In this document: positions 62,119 to 64,000 of the stretch, piece after piece
Numbering within the stretch: position 1 is the stretch's first letter
How the letters are laid out: each line of letters opens with the position of its first letter
NCBI GenBank assembly: GCA_963740315.1
Contig: CAVUDP010000002.1
Location: forward strand, 3,744,001 to 3,808,000
Reading direction: 5' to 3'
DNA: 64,000 nucleotides
From: an uncultured cyanobacterium
GTDB taxonomy: Bacteria; Cyanobacteriota; Cyanobacteriia; Cyanobacteriales; Nostocaceae
Notes under the pieces: model-generated
The model's database searches: none
Told to the model about the DNA's origin: nothing
The model's input: the letters and a program-made list of their open reading frames with translations, nothing else
Program-made: the position numbers and the translations under genes

Positions 62119-62799
62119 ATGGAAATTAGTCCAGACAATATAGTTTATTGGCAGTCGGGTGCAATTACTTTAAATGCTACGATTGTTTTTACTTGGTTGG
62201 TAATGACATTTTTGGTCATAGTTTCTTGGTTGGTAACTCGTAATTTATCACCAAATCCGAAGATATCCCGATGGCAAAGTTTACTAGAAATTATCGTCGA
62301 AGGAATTGCCAATCAAATTCATGAAGTCAGTCAACAAGAAGCTAGAAAATATATCGGTTTTATTGGCACTTTATTTCTATTTATTGCCGTTTCAAATACT
62401 CTAGCAATTGTACCCGGATATCAACCTCCAACAGGTTCGCTTTCCACAACAACGGCTTTGGCTTTATGCGTATTTGTAGCCGTACCCCTGTTTGGCATTA
62501 TCAAACGCGGTTTTTTCGGGTATTTAAGGAATTACATTCAACCGACAATATTTATGTTGCCATTTAATATTATCGGAGAATTTTCTCGCACTTTAGCTTT
62601 AGCTGTGAGATTATTCGGCAACATTATGAGCGGTACTATGCTTGTAGCTATTCTTTTGTCATTAGTTCCGTTATTTTTTCCAATTGTCATGCAGCTATTA
62701 GGATTAGTATTTGGACTAATTCAAGCATACGTTTTCGCAATGTTAGCAATGGTATATATCGCTTCGGCTACTAGTACACAACGGCAAAATCAAAGTTAG
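62119..62799 (+). CDS. atpB: N-ATPase a subunit
   Basis: SRTLALAVRLFGN, IQAYVF. Confidence 0.94.
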   Translation: MEISPDNIVYWQSGAITLNATIVFTWLVMTFLVIVSWLVTRNLSPNPKISRWQSLLEIIVEGIANQIHEVSQQEARKYIGFIGTLFLFIAVSNTLAIVPGYQPPTGSLSTTTALALCVFVAVPLFGIIKRGFFGYLRNYIQPTIFMLPFNIIGEFSRTLALAVRLFGNIMSGTMLVAILLSLVPLFFPIVMQLLGLVFGLIQAYVFAMLAMVYIASATSTQRQNQS

Positions 62800-62878
62800 G
62801 AGTTAGGAGTTAAGAGTTAGGAGTTAAATATTAATTTCATTCACTGTTCACTGCTCACTGCTCACTGATAACTGAACT

Positions 62879-63148
62879 ATGGATAATCTTGGTTTAATTG
62901 GTATGGCATCGATTGTAACTGCTGGGTTAACAATCGCAATTGGTTCGATAGCTCCTGCTCTGGGTGAAGGGATGGCTGTTGCTCGTGCTTTAGGTGCGAT
63001 CGCCCAACAGCCGGATAAGGCAAACGTCATTACCCGCACGCTTTTCGTCGGTTTAGCAATGATTGAGTCTACTGCTATCTATTGCTTTGTGGTGACGATG
63101 ATTTTACTATTCGTAAATCCATTTTGGGAACATTTTAAAGGAGGCTAA
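62879..63148 (+). CDS. atpE: N-ATPase c subunit, Na+-binding signature
   Basis: PALGEG, QQPD, IESTAIY. Confidence 0.94.
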   Translation: MDNLGLIGMASIVTAGLTIAIGSIAPALGEGMAVARALGAIAQQPDKANVITRTLFVGLAMIESTAIYCFVVTMILLFVNPFWEHFKGG

Positions 63149-63151
63149 ACC

Positions 63152-63955
63152 GTGCTGATTAATTGGTTTACGGTTATCGCTCAAATAATCAACTTCCTGA
63201 TTCTGGTTTTTTTACTTCAGCGCTTTTTATATAAACCCATAATGCAAACAATCAAAAAACGACAAAAAATGATTGATGCAAGATGGGAAGATGCTGAAAT
63301 TGCTCAAGAAGAAGCACAACGGGAAGCGGATACTTATCCTCAGCAGCAACAAAAATTAGAGCAGCAAGAACAAGCGATGACAGCACAAATGCTTCAAAAA
63401 GTTGAACAAGAACATCAACAACTTTTAATTAAAGCACGTCGGGAAGTCGAAGGAATGCAGAAAAAATGGAGAGAAGCACTATTACAAGAACAAACTGATT
63501 TTATCCGCTCCTTGCGACAACAAATAGCAGAACAAACTAATATAGTTGTACGTAAAGCTTTGCAAGATTTAGCAAATGTAGATTTAGAACAGCAAATAAT
63601 TGCTAACTTCACTCAGCGCTTGCAAGAAATCGATGAAAATCAAAGACAAATAATTACTCAATCTCTCCAAGATTCCCATCAACCAATAATTATTAAAAGC
63701 AGTTTTGAAATATCTCCAGAAAGTCGCCAACAAATCACTAAAGCTTTGCAAATTCAAGTTATCAGCAATCATCCTTTAGAATTTCAAACTTCACCCGATT
63801 TAATTTGCGGTATTCAAGTCAAGCTAGCAGCATACGTAATTTCCTGGAATTTAAATGATTACTTACAGACATTAGAATCAATGAACAATTATCAATTATC
63901 AATGAACAATGAACAGTTAGGAGTTAGGCAACGGATGGAGTTGGGCAACGGATAA
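63152..63955 (+). CDS. atpF: N-ATPase b subunit (long, with delta-like C-terminus)
   Basis: WFTVIAQIINFLIL..FLYKPI; LICGI; tail extended by heptamer repeats. Confidence 0.9.
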   Translation: MLINWFTVIAQIINFLILVFLLQRFLYKPIMQTIKKRQKMIDARWEDAEIAQEEAQREADTYPQQQQKLEQQEQAMTAQMLQKVEQEHQQLLIKARREVEGMQKKWREALLQEQTDFIRSLRQQIAEQTNIVVRKALQDLANVDLEQQIIANFTQRLQEIDENQRQIITQSLQDSHQPIIIKSSFEISPESRQQITKALQIQVISNHPLEFQTSPDLICGIQVKLAAYVISWNLNDYLQTLESMNNYQLSMNNEQLGVRQRMELGNG

Positions 63956-64000
63956 AGTTAGGCAACGGATAAACTTAGGAATCAATAACTAATAGTTTAA

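Overview
AT-rich DNA from a filamentous, probably heterocystous cyanobacterium, judged from the many HIP1 GCGATCGC sites, STRR heptamer repeats and REP-like palindromes. The window is a mosaic accessory region. (1) ppsA-usp at the left end, hsp20, a hydrolase-fold gene and a Na+-type N-ATPase operon at the right end, and hdeD-xfp plus an ABC exporter in the middle share a repeated promoter element: CCTCA-N6-CCTCA followed exactly 11 bp later by a -10 hexamer. There are 10 copies, suggesting a coordinated low-oxygen/dormancy-like regulon whose regulator is not in the window. (2) A ~18 kb sulfide-oxidation island contains sqr, a Tll0287-like haem protein, an alternative Rieske petC, persulfide dioxygenase, several rhodaneses, DsrE, TauE, cysK and an ArsR repressor with its own palindromic operator. 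(3) Two RNA-guided OMEGA elements: an intact IscB with omegaRNA and an intact TnpB. (4) A candidate defence locus: N6-MTase plus PLD-SNF2 helicase, with a PIN toxin-antitoxin pair and Uma2 between them. (5) An arsR-pstS-acr3-arsH-arsC operon, plus a collapsed relic of a second ars operon. (6) Many decayed genes: cydA, P-type H+-ATPase, xfp, sulP, an hdrC-like gene and a kinase. No rRNA, tRNA or CRISPR array was seen. All calls come from reading motifs by eye; no database search was run.
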